DNA from: an uncultured Alphaproteobacteria bacterium
GTDB lineage: Bacteria > Pseudomonadota > Alphaproteobacteria > RF32 > CAG-239
NCBI GenBank assembly: GCA_944390885.1
Contig: CALXRP010000003.1
Location: 35,004-99,003 of the forward strand
DNA: 64,000 bases
Reading direction: 5' to 3'
Below the pieces are notes generated by a model. That model ran no database searches. It was given only the letters and a program-made list of their open reading frames with translations, and had not been told where the DNA came from. Numbering within the stretch: position 1 is the stretch's first letter; each line of letters starts with the position of its first letter. This document shows, in pieces, positions 36,517-46,652 of the stretch. Position numbers and translations under genes: made by a program.

Positions 36517-37341
36517 ATGACAAAAAGCGTGAAAAACAACGGCCTTTACACGGCCTCGCTTATTGACAGATTTTTTAGCTGGCTGAAAAAAACCGCTTAT
36601 AATAATTTTTTGGAAACAAACGAAAAATGGTTTACCAAAATTGGTTTGACATTGATGTATTTTATTGCCGTGATGTCTTTGCTGGTTGCTATTGTTTTTG
36701 TTTTGAAATATAATGCGTTAAGCACTTTTTATGTTTTGACTGCCGGAATCTGCGGCGTGTTTATTACAATTGTTTTTCAATATATTGCCGCCAAAACAAT
36801 TCCCTGCCTTAATACGTTGATCCATAATACGCCGGCAAAATTCTCTTCAACCGCCGTTTTAGAAGTTTTGGCCTTGGCTGCCGGGATTTGCGGTGTTATT
36901 GCCCTGATCGGCGGGCTGATCCTATCAATCAAAGCCAGCAGTCTTTACTTCTTTATTTCCGGTATTGCCATTTTTGTTATTTGTGAATACTGGATGGCCA
37001 TGGCTATGAAACCGGAGTTGCTCAATATTGAAATTGTAAAAAACATTTCTGCCGGAGAAGAATTTATCGGCTTATTGACATTTTTTGCCAAAGGTTCTTT
37101 GAAAATTATTCCGGTAATTTTCTGCGGCTGCATGATTTTTGCCGCTTATGACCTGATTGCCATGATGTTTGTTAAATATAATTATATCGGGGAAATTAAT
37201 CTGGAGGCCGGAATCGTTGCTTATGCAATGTGCGGTGCCCTGCTTCCGCTGTTTGGATATGTTTCATTCCTCGGTTATTATTTCACAATTGACATTGCAC
37301 GGGCAATTCTTTCAATCCCGGCAAAGCTGGATAAAAAATAA
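36517..37341 (+). CDS. Polytopic membrane protein, hypothetical
   Basis: 274 aa with RBS ggagg, 6-7 hydrophobic helices and a bidirectional terminator after it. Confidence 0.4.
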   Translation: MTKSVKNNGLYTASLIDRFFSWLKKTAYNNFLETNEKWFTKIGLTLMYFIAVMSLLVAIVFVLKYNALSTFYVLTAGICGVFITIVFQYIAAKTIPCLNTLIHNTPAKFSSTAVLEVLALAAGICGVIALIGGLILSIKASSLYFFISGIAIFVICEYWMAMAMKPELLNIEIVKNISAGEEFIGLLTFFAKGSLKIIPVIFCGCMIFAAYDLIAMMFVKYNYIGEINLEAGIVAYAMCGALLPLFGYVSFLGYYFTIDIARAILSIPAKLDKK

Positions 37342-37349
37342 TCATCCGG

Positions 37350-37387
37350 CACGAAATAAAAAAACTGTCCCGATTGTTTGGGACAGT
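37350..37387. terminator. Bidirectional rho-independent terminator
   Basis: aaaaaaactgtcccgattgtttgggacagtttttttt: an 8-bp stem flanked by A- and T-runs. Confidence 0.5.
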
Positions 37388-37392
37388 TTTTT

Positions 37393-37908
37393 TTATTTAT
37401 ACCCCGGCGCTTCCGCTTGAGCGATGGTTTCATAAATATTTTCCACATCCTTCAGGCTCATGCCCTTTTCACAACGGGCGGAAAAATATCCCGATTCAGC
37501 ACCAAAATACATTACATAAATCCAGTCATTGTCCTTTTTTAAGGTAACCGGTACACAATCGTGTAAGAGAATTTCCTCACACAACGGATAACTGCCATAG
37601 TCGCCGCTGATGTCTCCGCCATTGATCTCGCTTCCACATTTTCGAACAACAACTTCTCTGTTGCCGTCCAAGAAATAAGTAACTTCAATCATATTATTCA
37701 TTGCCCGGACGGAATATTCAGAAAGTTTTAACGGAAACGTAAAGCCTGCTTTTTGAGCCGCACAACCCAAATCTTTTCCACATTCAACCCACGGATTGGG
37801 AATGCCATACGGGGATTTGATGTTTTTTCCGGGACTACAACAGACACATGCCAAGCAAGCTGCTCCCAGCAACAAAAAATTTCCGGCTTTTACAATAATC
37901 TTTTTCAT
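37393..37908 (-). CDS. Secreted or lipoprotein, hypothetical
   Basis: Start at ATG 37906-37908 gives MKKIIVKAGNFLLLGAACLACVCCSPGK, a signal peptide with a possible lipobox. The track extension to 37995 is unlikely. Confidence 0.35.
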   Translation of the reverse strand: MKKIIVKAGNFLLLGAACLACVCCSPGKNIKSPYGIPNPWVECGKDLGCAAQKAGFTFPLKLSEYSVRAMNNMIEVTYFLDGNREVVVRKCGSEINGGDISGDYGSYPLCEEILLHDCVPVTLKKDNDWIYVMYFGAESGYFSARCEKGMSLKDVENIYETIAQAEAPGYK

Positions 37909-38022
37909 ATGAAGCTGTTTTATAATGTTAATAAAAAAATTACCATAATCATATTTTATCGTTTCTATCGATATCACCAAAAAATATTTTTTCAAGCAAA
38001 ATCCGGCGCAGCGGCTGAATTT

Positions 38023-39450
38023 TTACAGTTGATAATCATAAAATGACGGGTTTTTGTTAATGGTATAAATTTTTCCGGGGTTTGGATGATGATAATAAAT
38101 ATAGACAATATTATCCCGCGTGCCTTTTTTCCAGGCATTGAAGTGTCTTATTGTCTGAGCACGCAGATTGTCCCGGAAAACAGAACGCAGCGTATTATCC
38201 AAATTCATGGCAAAATCATCTCCGAAATTTGGTGAGGCAATTGCGTTCAACAGCAGAACGCCCCCTTCTTTTAAATTATTTTTAGCCCGTTCAAAATACT
38301 CTCTTGTTACAAGCTCCATCGGTATATATTGGCGGGAAGAATAAGTGTCGAGCACAATTACATCATATTTATCCCGGCTTTCTTTCAGAAACTGGTTGGC
38401 ATCTTGGACGACAAATTTTTTATTGGGCGTGAGCTTTTGTTTTAAAAAAGCTTCTTCCGTAATCCGCTTTAAATTTTTATCAACATCAACATAAACATAG
38501 TTATTGCGTGTATCATCAATTCCAACGGTAAAACCGCCTGCCCCGACGACCAGAATATCTTTTGTTTCAGTTTTCGGAATTGTCCGGATGAAATTGTCAT
38601 TGATAAAATTGATATAAGGAAAATTTAATTTATGTTCTTTTGATACTTTTGACGACATGGAGCCATTTACGACCAAAAGGCGTGATTTTCCGCCATCTGT
38701 TTTATGCACGCCAATTGTTGCCACGGCATTATTTTCAATAATCCCATAGGTATCTTTTAACAATTTATCCTGATTGAACAATACGGCGGCAAGCAAAATC
38801 GTCAACATTGCAACATAATTGCGCCGACGGGATAAAAAGAAAGACGCCGCCAAAGTGATTAACACAACAACCACAATCGTATGATTAACGCCAATAAACG
38901 GCATGATTATCAAGGTTGTAAACAATGAGCCGAGAACAGATCCTACCGTATCAACCGCCATGATTTTTCCGGTAAAGTTAGAATCCCGATAGTGCAGATA
39001 ACGGCTCAGCATGGCCGTTATTTTGCCAAAGAGATAAGGGCCGTAAGATAAAAACAGCAATGAATACAGGGCTGTTTGTATGATATTTGACGTAATGCCG
39101 ACCTCATTAAAAGCCATAAAATAAACATCTATCAAAATATATGAAGAGGCCAAAACAACCAGCACGGCAATAATCAGAAAATCGTTGGCAGCCTGATTGC
39201 GCAAGCTGAAACGACTTACGCTTTCAACGGAACCTTTATAATAGCCCCAAGACATAAATGCGAGAAATGATCCCATTACAATAGAAACGGTGATGGTGGT
39301 TGAGCCGACAAAACTGCTCAACTGGCGCAGAACGATCAGCTCCAGCGACAAACTGGAGTAACCGCCGACAAAAACCGCCAGCAATAACATCAATACAGCT
39401 TTTTGACCTATCAATTTGTACATTCTTTCCTCTTTAGCAAACTCTGGCAA
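38023..39450 (-). CDS. Spermidine-synthase-family aminopropyltransferase fused to an N-terminal polytopic membrane domain
   Basis: N-terminal approximately 220 aa with 6-7 TM helices. C-terminal SAM-dependent fold (ILVVGAGGFTVG, YDVIVLDTYS, GGVLLLNAI) typical of spermidine synthase-like proteins. Confidence 0.6.
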   Translation of the reverse strand: MPEFAKEERMYKLIGQKAVLMLLLAVFVGGYSSLSLELIVLRQLSSFVGSTTITVSIVMGSFLAFMSWGYYKGSVESVSRFSLRNQAANDFLIIAVLVVLASSYILIDVYFMAFNEVGITSNIIQTALYSLLFLSYGPYLFGKITAMLSRYLHYRDSNFTGKIMAVDTVGSVLGSLFTTLIIMPFIGVNHTIVVVVLITLAASFFLSRRRNYVAMLTILLAAVLFNQDKLLKDTYGIIENNAVATIGVHKTDGGKSRLLVVNGSMSSKVSKEHKLNFPYINFINDNFIRTIPKTETKDILVVGAGGFTVGIDDTRNNYVYVDVDKNLKRITEEAFLKQKLTPNKKFVVQDANQFLKESRDKYDVIVLDTYSSRQYIPMELVTREYFERAKNNLKEGGVLLLNAIASPNFGDDFAMNLDNTLRSVFRDNLRAQTIRHFNAWKKGTRDNIVYIYYHHPNPGKIYTINKNPSFYDYQL

Positions 39451-40150
39451 CGGTCAGCGCATCAACCGAGGCGGCTCCGGCTTTTTGCAAAACCAGCGCA
39501 CATTCTTTTAATGTTGAACCGGTTGTCATGACATCATCAATCAGGACAATCTTCTTATTGCGTATCTGTTCCGGATGCCTGACAAGAAATGCGCCTTTAA
39601 CATTTTTGATCCGCTCATGTCCGGAAAACTCAACCTGCGGGCGGGTCTTTTTGTGTCTGACGACGGAATTGTAATCAACCGGAATCAATACGAGCTTTTC
39701 CAGTTCTCCGGCCAACAGAGCCGATTGATTATAGCGGCGCTTGATCAGACGGGTATAGTGCAAAGGAACAGGCAACAGCAAATCTGCTCCCGCTGCCCAA
39801 ATATCGTGTCCGGCCTGAAATAAAAAACGTGCTAAAACACCGGCATTTTCCGTCTTATCCATAAACTTGAGCCCCAATATCAGATTCTTGGAAGCATCGT
39901 CATAATGGAAAGACGAACGGCACATTCTGAACGGCATTCCATCGCCTTTTATACAGGACGGGCAAAGCAGCTTTTCATCTGACGGCGCCTCGGCAAACGG
40001 ACGTCCGCACCTGGCGCAGTAAGGCCGGGAAATAAAGTTTATCTCGTTAAAACACTCCGGGCACAGACCCTCTTCTTCATTTAATATCTTTCCGCATAAG
40101 ATACAACGCGGCGGCAAAACGGAATTTAAAATTTTCTGCCAGACATTCAT
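39434..40150 (-). CDS. comF: ComF-family phosphoribosyltransferase-domain protein
   Basis: N-terminal Cys4 zinc finger (CILCGK...CPECF...CARCGRPF...CPSC) and a C-terminal PRTase motif (IVLIDDVMTTGSTL). Confidence 0.75.
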   Translation of the reverse strand: MNVWQKILNSVLPPRCILCGKILNEEEGLCPECFNEINFISRPYCARCGRPFAEAPSDEKLLCPSCIKGDGMPFRMCRSSFHYDDASKNLILGLKFMDKTENAGVLARFLFQAGHDIWAAGADLLLPVPLHYTRLIKRRYNQSALLAGELEKLVLIPVDYNSVVRHKKTRPQVEFSGHERIKNVKGAFLVRHPEQIRNKKIVLIDDVMTTGSTLKECALVLQKAGAASVDALTVARVC

Positions 40151-40152
40151 CT

Positions 40153-41034
40153 TTAGACCGCCGGAGATACCAGTTCCGATAATTTTTCGTGAATGGCATT
40201 AATATGGTTGACAACCGTAATCCCGGCGGCATTCATGGCATCTTTCTTATCCTGAACCGAGATACGGCCTTTGGTAATGATATCGCCGGCATATCCCATT
40301 TTATGCCCGAAAGGAACAGCTTCACCGGCCACAAAACCGATTATCGGCTTTTTATGTTTTAAAGACCGGTAATATTCCGCGGCATTTTCTTCAAATGTTC
40401 CGCCCAAGGCGCCAATCATCACCACGGCATCCGTTCCGTCATCTTCCATAAAACGTTTTAACACATCAACAAAATCTATGCCGAAAATCATATCATCGCC
40501 AAGACCGATAACCGTTGACTGTCCCATACCGGCACGTTTGGTTTCCACCACGGCCTCATAAGTCAGGGTTGATGAGCGTGAAACAATGCCGATACGGCCG
40601 GGACGATGAATATTTTCCGGAAAAATTCCCAACCTTGCGGCTCCGGGCGTGATGATTCCCGGCGTGTTCGGACCGATTAATTTTGTCCGGCTGCCTTTTA
40701 AAATATTTTTGATTTCTATCATATCATGAATCGGCACACCGTCGGCAATGCAGACCACCAGTTCCAATCCGGCTTCCGCAGCCTCCCGAACGGCTTCTTT
40801 GACCGAGCGGGCAGGAACGTACATGACGCTTGAGTTTACGCCTGTTTCGGCCACAGCCTCTTTGACCGTATTGAAAACCGGCAGTCCCAGATGAGTATTT
40901 CCGCCTTTTCCCGGGGTTACGCCGGCGACGACGTTTGTTCCGTAATCCAACGAACGCCGGATATGGAAAGTGGCCTGGGTACCGGTAATACCCTGACAAA
41001 GAACCCGGGAATTTTTATCAACCAGAATTGACAT
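40153..41034 (-). CDS. sucD: Succinyl-CoA synthetase alpha subunit
   Basis: CoA-binding N-terminus (VLCQGITGTQATFH), phospho-His loop region (GHAGA-like MGYAGDIITKG), 293 aa. Confidence 0.9.
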   Translation of the reverse strand: MSILVDKNSRVLCQGITGTQATFHIRRSLDYGTNVVAGVTPGKGGNTHLGLPVFNTVKEAVAETGVNSSVMYVPARSVKEAVREAAEAGLELVVCIADGVPIHDMIEIKNILKGSRTKLIGPNTPGIITPGAARLGIFPENIHRPGRIGIVSRSSTLTYEAVVETKRAGMGQSTVIGLGDDMIFGIDFVDVLKRFMEDDGTDAVVMIGALGGTFEENAAEYYRSLKHKKPIIGFVAGEAVPFGHKMGYAGDIITKGRISVQDKKDAMNAAGITVVNHINAIHEKLSELVSPAV

Positions 41035-42237
41035 TTAATCGCTCTCCTCTACGGCTTTTATCAGCGTATCTACTGCTTCCTGCATATCATTTGCAATTAC
41101 CAACGGCAATTTTGAATGTTCCAAAATCTCTTTGGCCTCGTCTTTGTTCGTTCCTTCAAAGCGGACAACCAACGGCACATTCAGCCCGACATCATGCGCG
41201 GCAGAAATAATGCCCTCAGCAATCAAGTTACACCGCAGAAAACCGCCGAGAATGTTAATCAATATTCCCTCGACGCGCGGATTGGTCATGATTATTTTTA
41301 TACCAGAGGCAATTTTTTCTTTATCGACACCACCTTTGACGTTCAAAAAACAAGCCGTTCCGACTCCTTTTGACCGCAGCAGATCCATTGCAGCCAGCGC
41401 AATACCGTCGCCGTTAACAATACAGCCGATATTGCCGTCAAATTCACTGTAATTAAAGCCGAATTTTTTGGCCTGGATTTCATAATCGTCTTCTTCATAC
41501 TCGTCTTCCAGGCGGCGAATTTCCGGATGGCGGTAGAGTGCATTTTCATCAAAAGACATTTTGGCATCCAGAGCAATTAATTCACCGTTGCGCATCACCC
41601 CGACCGGCGTTACCTCTATCATTGTGGCATCATAATCTTTAAAAGCTTTGTGCATTCCGTTGATAAATGTTTCCAAACTGCGGGCACTGCGCGGTTTTAA
41701 GCTCAGAAAAGACATTACCTCATGGATTTGAGACGGAGAAGCCCCTTTATTCAGATCAAGCCGGATTTTTAAGATCTTTTCAGGATGTTCCAGGGCCACT
41801 CCGGTTATATTTTCCGGGCTGACCTCGGCAATTAACAGCGTTACGGCCGGGATCATCCGATCTATGACCAAACCGGCATAAAAAATGCGGCTGACTTTGC
41901 AATAGGCTTCTACATACAGGCGACTGACCAATTTTCCTTTCGGGCCGGTCTGTTCGGTAACCAGCGTAGACCCCAGCATTTTTTCTGCTTCTCGAACAAT
42001 TTCGCGACGATGTTTTATCAGTCGTATTCCGCCGCCTTTGCCGGCTTTTTTCTCCAGAAAATGCCCTCTGTTGCGTGCTCCGGACTGAATTTGGGATTTG
42101 AGCATCCACGGGCCGCGAAACGAAACTCTGCCCGCTACGTTTTTGGCCTCTGTCGGCGTATAGGCAATGCCGCCTTTCGGAATATTGATTCCGTATTGGC
42201 TTAAGATTTTTTTGGCCTGATACTCGTGAATGTTCAT
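41035..42237 (-). CDS. sucC: Succinyl-CoA synthetase beta subunit (ATP-grasp), somewhat divergent
   Basis: MNIHEYQAKKILSQYGI..., ATP-grasp fold and CoA-ligase domain. 400 aa. Stop is adjacent to the sucD start. Confidence 0.8.
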   Translation of the reverse strand: MNIHEYQAKKILSQYGINIPKGGIAYTPTEAKNVAGRVSFRGPWMLKSQIQSGARNRGHFLEKKAGKGGGIRLIKHRREIVREAEKMLGSTLVTEQTGPKGKLVSRLYVEAYCKVSRIFYAGLVIDRMIPAVTLLIAEVSPENITGVALEHPEKILKIRLDLNKGASPSQIHEVMSFLSLKPRSARSLETFINGMHKAFKDYDATMIEVTPVGVMRNGELIALDAKMSFDENALYRHPEIRRLEDEYEEDDYEIQAKKFGFNYSEFDGNIGCIVNGDGIALAAMDLLRSKGVGTACFLNVKGGVDKEKIASGIKIIMTNPRVEGILINILGGFLRCNLIAEGIISAAHDVGLNVPLVVRFEGTNKDEAKEILEHSKLPLVIANDMQEAVDTLIKAVEESD

Positions 42238-42246
42238 TTTTAACCC

Positions 42247-42657
42247 TTATAATGTCGCGGCATACCAGCGGATTTTCTCAGCCATCGAAGCCAGACCGTT
42301 ACGGCGGCTGGGGCTTAAATGGTCTTGTAATCCCAGTTTAGCAAAAATATTTTCAACTGCAATTTCTTTAATTTCCTGCGGCGTTTTATGTGCAAAAATT
42401 ATCAGGATTATCGCCACAATTCCCCTTACAATCGCAGCATCACTGTCGCCCTGAAAATCCAGATACTTCTGTCCGTTTTCCATTGTGACCGACGGTACCA
42501 GCCAAACCTGCGACTGACAGCCGTGGACTTTCCAATCATCGGTTTTCAGATTTTCCGGCAGAGGATCCATCCGGGCGCCCAAGTCAATGATATAGCGATA
42601 TTTATCCTCCCAATCGTCCAACAAATCAAAATTTTCAATCAGCTCATCTATTGTCAT
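42247..42657 (-). CDS. sufE: Cysteine desulfuration protein SufE
   Basis: 136 aa. YRYIIDLG...HGCQSQVWL, with the conserved Cys in a loop. Typical SufE length. Confidence 0.8.
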   Translation of the reverse strand: MTIDELIENFDLLDDWEDKYRYIIDLGARMDPLPENLKTDDWKVHGCQSQVWLVPSVTMENGQKYLDFQGDSDAAIVRGIVAIILIIFAHKTPQEIKEIAVENIFAKLGLQDHLSPSRRNGLASMAEKIRWYAATL

Positions 42658-43507
42658 CTTTTTTCTCTTTATAACTTTTGGCCGCTTTTACAAATTCTTC
42701 AAATATTGCGGCGGCGGCTTTATCTTTTTGATACAAATATTCAGGGTGCCACTGGACACCGAGCACAAAACGTTCTCCCTGGTTTTCAACCGCTTCGGCC
42801 AAATTGTCGGAGGAAACAGCAACTATCCGCAAGCCCTCAAGCGCTGACGAATCATTTACAACACCTTCGCCGTGCACGGAATTGACGCTCAGTTTTTCCA
42901 TTCCCGTCCACTTATGCAGCCGGCTGTCCGAAACAACAGCAACATCGTGGGCTATTTTGTCTTTTGGTTCTTTATGCGGCAGTGCGCCCGGCAGTTCATC
43001 TTTCAGGCAGGCATACATTTTAGCACCGGCCATTCCGGCAAGCATCTGAAATCCGGCGCAAATTCCCAATACCGGCGTTTGGTTTTCATTTGCATAGTCA
43101 ATGGCATAAATATAAGCCAGCGAGCGCGGGCTGAGGCGGTGTTCCGGCGGCAGGCGTTCCGGTTCCAGATAAAATTCAGCAGGAGAATCGAAACATCCGC
43201 CCGGCAGCAGGAAAGCATCAGGCTTTAAATATTCCAATTGAGAATCGACATCTTCATAATGAATGAATGTCAGATCAGCACCGGCGGCAAGCAAGGCTTC
43301 AACGTAATTTTTATCAATCGCATAATCTTCTTTTTCCAGCCCGAGAATCACGGCGACCAAAGGCTTATCTTTATCTCTCCGGCTGTGCGGCAGGCGGATG
43401 CAAAAAGCCTCGTCTTCCGCCAATGCCCGGTCTACTTCTTGCGGCGAAAGGAGATAGTAAACGCTGCCGGGTTCAGGGTCTTTAAGATATAAAACCTTTT
43501 CTGCCAT
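42644..43507 (-). CDS. Class I glutamine amidotransferase (peptidase C26 / gamma-glutamyl-GABA hydrolase PuuD-like) embedded in the suf operon
   Basis: Catalytic Cys in GICAGFQML and His in VQWHPEY; 287 aa. Overlaps sufE by 14 nt. Confidence 0.65.
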   Translation of the reverse strand: MAEKVLYLKDPEPGSVYYLLSPQEVDRALAEDEAFCIRLPHSRRDKDKPLVAVILGLEKEDYAIDKNYVEALLAAGADLTFIHYEDVDSQLEYLKPDAFLLPGGCFDSPAEFYLEPERLPPEHRLSPRSLAYIYAIDYANENQTPVLGICAGFQMLAGMAGAKMYACLKDELPGALPHKEPKDKIAHDVAVVSDSRLHKWTGMEKLSVNSVHGEGVVNDSSALEGLRIVAVSSDNLAEAVENQGERFVLGVQWHPEYLYQKDKAAAAIFEEFVKAAKSYKEKKDDNR

Positions 43508-43516
43508 AGCCTTCTC

Positions 43517-43990
43517 CTAAAACATTTCAAACATCATTTTCGCTTCGTCGCTCATCCGCTCAAAAGTCCAAGCCGGCTCCCAAACTAACTTGACCTCAGC
43601 CTCTCCGACACCTTTGACTGCGGCAACGGCTTCCGCCGCCTGTCCGGGCAAAACGCCGGCAACCGGACAAGTCGGCGCGGTTACCGTCATTTCGATAAAA
43701 ACATTGCCGTTTTCTTTGATATCAATATTGTAAATCAGCCCCATGTCCCAGACGTTTATCATAATTTCCGGATCAGACACGGTTTTTAACGCTGCGATTA
43801 TATCTTCTCGAGAGGCAGGCTTTTCCCCTTCGGGCAGCGGTTTTCCGGCTTTTGCCACATAATCAAGAAGTTTCATCTGTTCCGCCATTGCGGCCAACAG
43901 CTGTTTTTCCGTATCTTCCGCCGTCAGGGCGCTTTCTTTTTCTTCAGACATACTTATCCCTTTACTAAACCTGCTTCTTTTATAAGACAA
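43517..43990 (-). CDS. sufT: SufT/DUF59 (MIP18-family) Fe-S assembly protein
   Basis: VSDPEIMINVWDMGLIYNIDI...TVTAPTCPVAG is the DUF59 signature. Start is probably the internal Met at about 43951. Confidence 0.6.
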   Translation of the reverse strand: MSYKRSRFSKGISMSEEKESALTAEDTEKQLLAAMAEQMKLLDYVAKAGKPLPEGEKPASREDIIAALKTVSDPEIMINVWDMGLIYNIDIKENGNVFIEMTVTAPTCPVAGVLPGQAAEAVAAVKGVGEAEVKLVWEPAWTFERMSDEAKMMFEMF

Positions 43991-44031
43991 GTTTATTAAT
44001 AAAACAAGCCGGAGCGCAATAATTATTCACG

Positions 44032-45273
44032 TTAAAAGAAAGTCTTTGCCTTTTGCAGGGCGTTGATGAAAATGTCAATGTCTTCCCGGGTGGAATAAAG
44101 CCCCAAAGAAGCACGAGCCAGCGACGTGTATCCCATTCTTTCCACCAGCGGCTGGGCGCAATGGTGCCCGGTGCGGACAGATACACCCTCTTTATCCAGA
44201 ATAAAGGCCACATCTTGCGGATGAATCCCTTCCAAAACAAAAGAAAAAACACCGCCTTTGCCTTCTGCCGTGCCGATTTCCTTAAATCCGCCGACTTCCG
44301 AAAAACGGCCGCGGGCATAAGCCGTCAGCTCCGTTTCATGCGCCGTAATGTTTTCCATTCCCAAATCTGCCATATATTGCAAGGCACGTCCCAGGCCGAT
44401 GGCTTGAACCATGGCCGGCGTTCCGGCTTCAAAACGGGCGGGAACTTCATCAAAAGTTGTTTTTTCATAAGTTACTTTTTCGACCATATCGCCGCCAAAC
44501 TGATAAGGCGGCATCGAATCGAGCAAGGCATATTTGCCGTACAAAACGCCAATGCCGCTCGGGCCGTAAGTTTTGTGTCCGGAAAAAGCAAGAAAATCGC
44601 AGTCTATGGCCTGAACATCCAATGCCTGATGAACAATAGCCTGGCAGGCATCAACCAGAATTACGGCACCGGCCTTATGCGCCTGCTCCGCCATTTTGCG
44701 CACCGGAAAGATCGTTCCCAGCACGTTGGACATTGCGGTTACGGCAACTATTTTGGTTTGCGGGCCAAGCAGCTTTAAATATTCTTCTTCCAGATAGCTG
44801 CCGTCATCGCCGATTTTAAAAATTTTCAAGACAGCGCCGGTTTCGGCCGCAATCATTTGCCACGGGATCAGATTGGCATGATGTTCGGCCTGGGAGATTA
44901 AGATTTCATCTCCCGGTTTTAAGAATTTTCGTCCCCAGCAGGCGGCAACCAGATTGATTGCTTCCGTAGCGTTACGGGTAAAAATAATTTCCCGGTTATC
45001 AGCGGCATTAATAAAATTTTGCACAATTTTACGGGCGTTTTCATATTCCAGCGTCATATGCTCGGACAGATAGTAAGCGCCGCGGTGGACATTGGCATAA
45101 CAAGTCGAGTAAAGGCGGGTTATGGTATCAATAACGCATTGGGGCTTTTGCGCCGAAGCGGCAGAATCGAGAAATGTATTCGGCTTGCCGTTTATTTTTT
45201 GCGCCAATACCGGAAAATCCTGACGAATTTTATATACATCGTACATAATTTTTTCCTTATCTCTAAAATTCAA
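44032..45273 (-). CDS. sufS: Cysteine desulfurase SufS (class V aminotransferase, group II)
   Basis: PLP-lysine region (AFSGHKTYGPSGIGVLYG), catalytic Cys loop (RTGHHCAQP), 413 aa. The track starts at TTG; the ATG is 9 codons in. Confidence 0.9.
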   Translation of the reverse strand: MNFRDKEKIMYDVYKIRQDFPVLAQKINGKPNTFLDSAASAQKPQCVIDTITRLYSTCYANVHRGAYYLSEHMTLEYENARKIVQNFINAADNREIIFTRNATEAINLVAACWGRKFLKPGDEILISQAEHHANLIPWQMIAAETGAVLKIFKIGDDGSYLEEEYLKLLGPQTKIVAVTAMSNVLGTIFPVRKMAEQAHKAGAVILVDACQAIVHQALDVQAIDCDFLAFSGHKTYGPSGIGVLYGKYALLDSMPPYQFGGDMVEKVTYEKTTFDEVPARFEAGTPAMVQAIGLGRALQYMADLGMENITAHETELTAYARGRFSEVGGFKEIGTAEGKGGVFSFVLEGIHPQDVAFILDKEGVSVRTGHHCAQPLVERMGYTSLARASLGLYSTREDIDIFINALQKAKTFF

Positions 45274-45315
45274 TTTTTAAGAAATCATTCGGTAATCTGC
45301 CTCATCAACCCTTCT
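45249..45315. repeat. MITE-like repeat, short copy, in the sufD-sufS spacer (overlaps the sufS start)
   Basis: tttttccttatctctaaaattcaattttta immediately joined to agaaatcattcggtaatctgcctcatcaaccc. These are the two ends of the 2229-2500 element with no internal core. Confidence 0.4.
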
Positions 45316-45368
45316 GGCCATTGCCCTTTTACCAAAGAGGAAACTTAAATTTTTCCTTACGCGTAAAA

Positions 45369-46652
45369 TCAGAGCATGGATTTCAGCCAGTTTCGGACGG
45401 GTTCCGAATCCACTTTCAGCAAAACGTCATCCAGAAAAGCCTCAACCAAAATCTGTCTGGCCTCATCTTCATCTATTCCGCGGGAGCGCATATAAAACAG
45501 CTGCTCTTCATCCAGTTCTCCGCTGGCCGCGCCATGCGAGCACTTCACATCATCGGCAAAAATTTCCAGCTCCGGCTTACAATCGATTTCTGCCGTATCC
45601 GACAGTAACAGCGCCTTATGCAGCTGTCTTCCTTCCGTATGAACGGCGTTCGGCGCAATATGGATTTTGCCCTGGAATACGCCTTTTGCCTCACCGTCCA
45701 CAACGCCTTTTACCAATTGTTCCGAATAAGTTTCCGGAGAAATGTGCTCAATCAGCGTTGTTGTATCGAGCGTTGCCCAGCCGGACATTTTGTAAGCGGC
45801 ATCGACGCGAGTTTCCGCTCCTCTATCCAACAATTTTACCCGGACTTCGTCCCGTCCCAAATCGGCTCCTTTTTGCAGGCAGAAATGATGATACTTTCCG
45901 CCGGCCTTGACCTGCACGGCAGACAAAGACACATGCGCGGCCTTAAACGCCTCATCCTGCAGCTTGTAATGCCGCAGCTGAGCGTTCTTCCCGACCATAA
46001 CTTCATTTACGATATTGGCAAAATAACGGGATTTTTCAATGCCGGAATAATGAAAATATTCAACAATTTCTGCCTCAGCACCGCTTTCCAAAACAATCAG
46101 ATTGCGCAGGTTATAAAACAAATTGCTCTCTCCGGCGCAGGTATGGCTGATTATGGCCAGAGGCTTGTCCAGCTTTACGCCGCGCTCAATGCAGACAAAA
46201 ACGCCGTTTTCCAAATAAGCCGTATTCAAAGCGGCAAAAGGCGCGTTTTCCATGTCGGCAATTTTGCCCATCCAGCGGCGGCAGATTTCATTATCGGCAA
46301 TTGCTTCATCCAGCGGCAAAACCGTAACGCCTTCCGGCAAATGATTATGTTCATGCTGCCAAAAGCCGTTTTCAAAACGAATCTGATAAGCCTCAAAAGG
46401 CAAGTTTTGTTTGCAGTAGCAGTCTTCTCCGTCATGATGCCGGCAACCGCAGGAACATTCGTGTGCAGCCGGCGTTTCAGGCCAAACAAAATCATCCGCG
46501 TTCAAAATCCGGGGCTTGGTATATTTCCAGTCCTCCACTTTTGCTCCCGGAACGCCCAAGCGCCGGAAAATATCAGCGCCTTTTTCACGCAGAGCGCAGA
46601 GCCAGGGGATATCTTCCCCGAAAAGTTTTTTATCTTGCAGCAATCCCGGCAT
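45369..46652 (-). CDS. sufD: Fe-S cluster assembly protein SufD with Cys-rich insertion
   Basis: 427 aa with the SufBD beta-helix C-terminus. Unusual N-proximal insert HECSCGCRHHDGEDCYCKQN. 1-nt overlap with sufC. Confidence 0.85.
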   Translation of the reverse strand: MPGLLQDKKLFGEDIPWLCALREKGADIFRRLGVPGAKVEDWKYTKPRILNADDFVWPETPAAHECSCGCRHHDGEDCYCKQNLPFEAYQIRFENGFWQHEHNHLPEGVTVLPLDEAIADNEICRRWMGKIADMENAPFAALNTAYLENGVFVCIERGVKLDKPLAIISHTCAGESNLFYNLRNLIVLESGAEAEIVEYFHYSGIEKSRYFANIVNEVMVGKNAQLRHYKLQDEAFKAAHVSLSAVQVKAGGKYHHFCLQKGADLGRDEVRVKLLDRGAETRVDAAYKMSGWATLDTTTLIEHISPETYSEQLVKGVVDGEAKGVFQGKIHIAPNAVHTEGRQLHKALLLSDTAEIDCKPELEIFADDVKCSHGAASGELDEEQLFYMRSRGIDEDEARQILVEAFLDDVLLKVDSEPVRNWLKSML

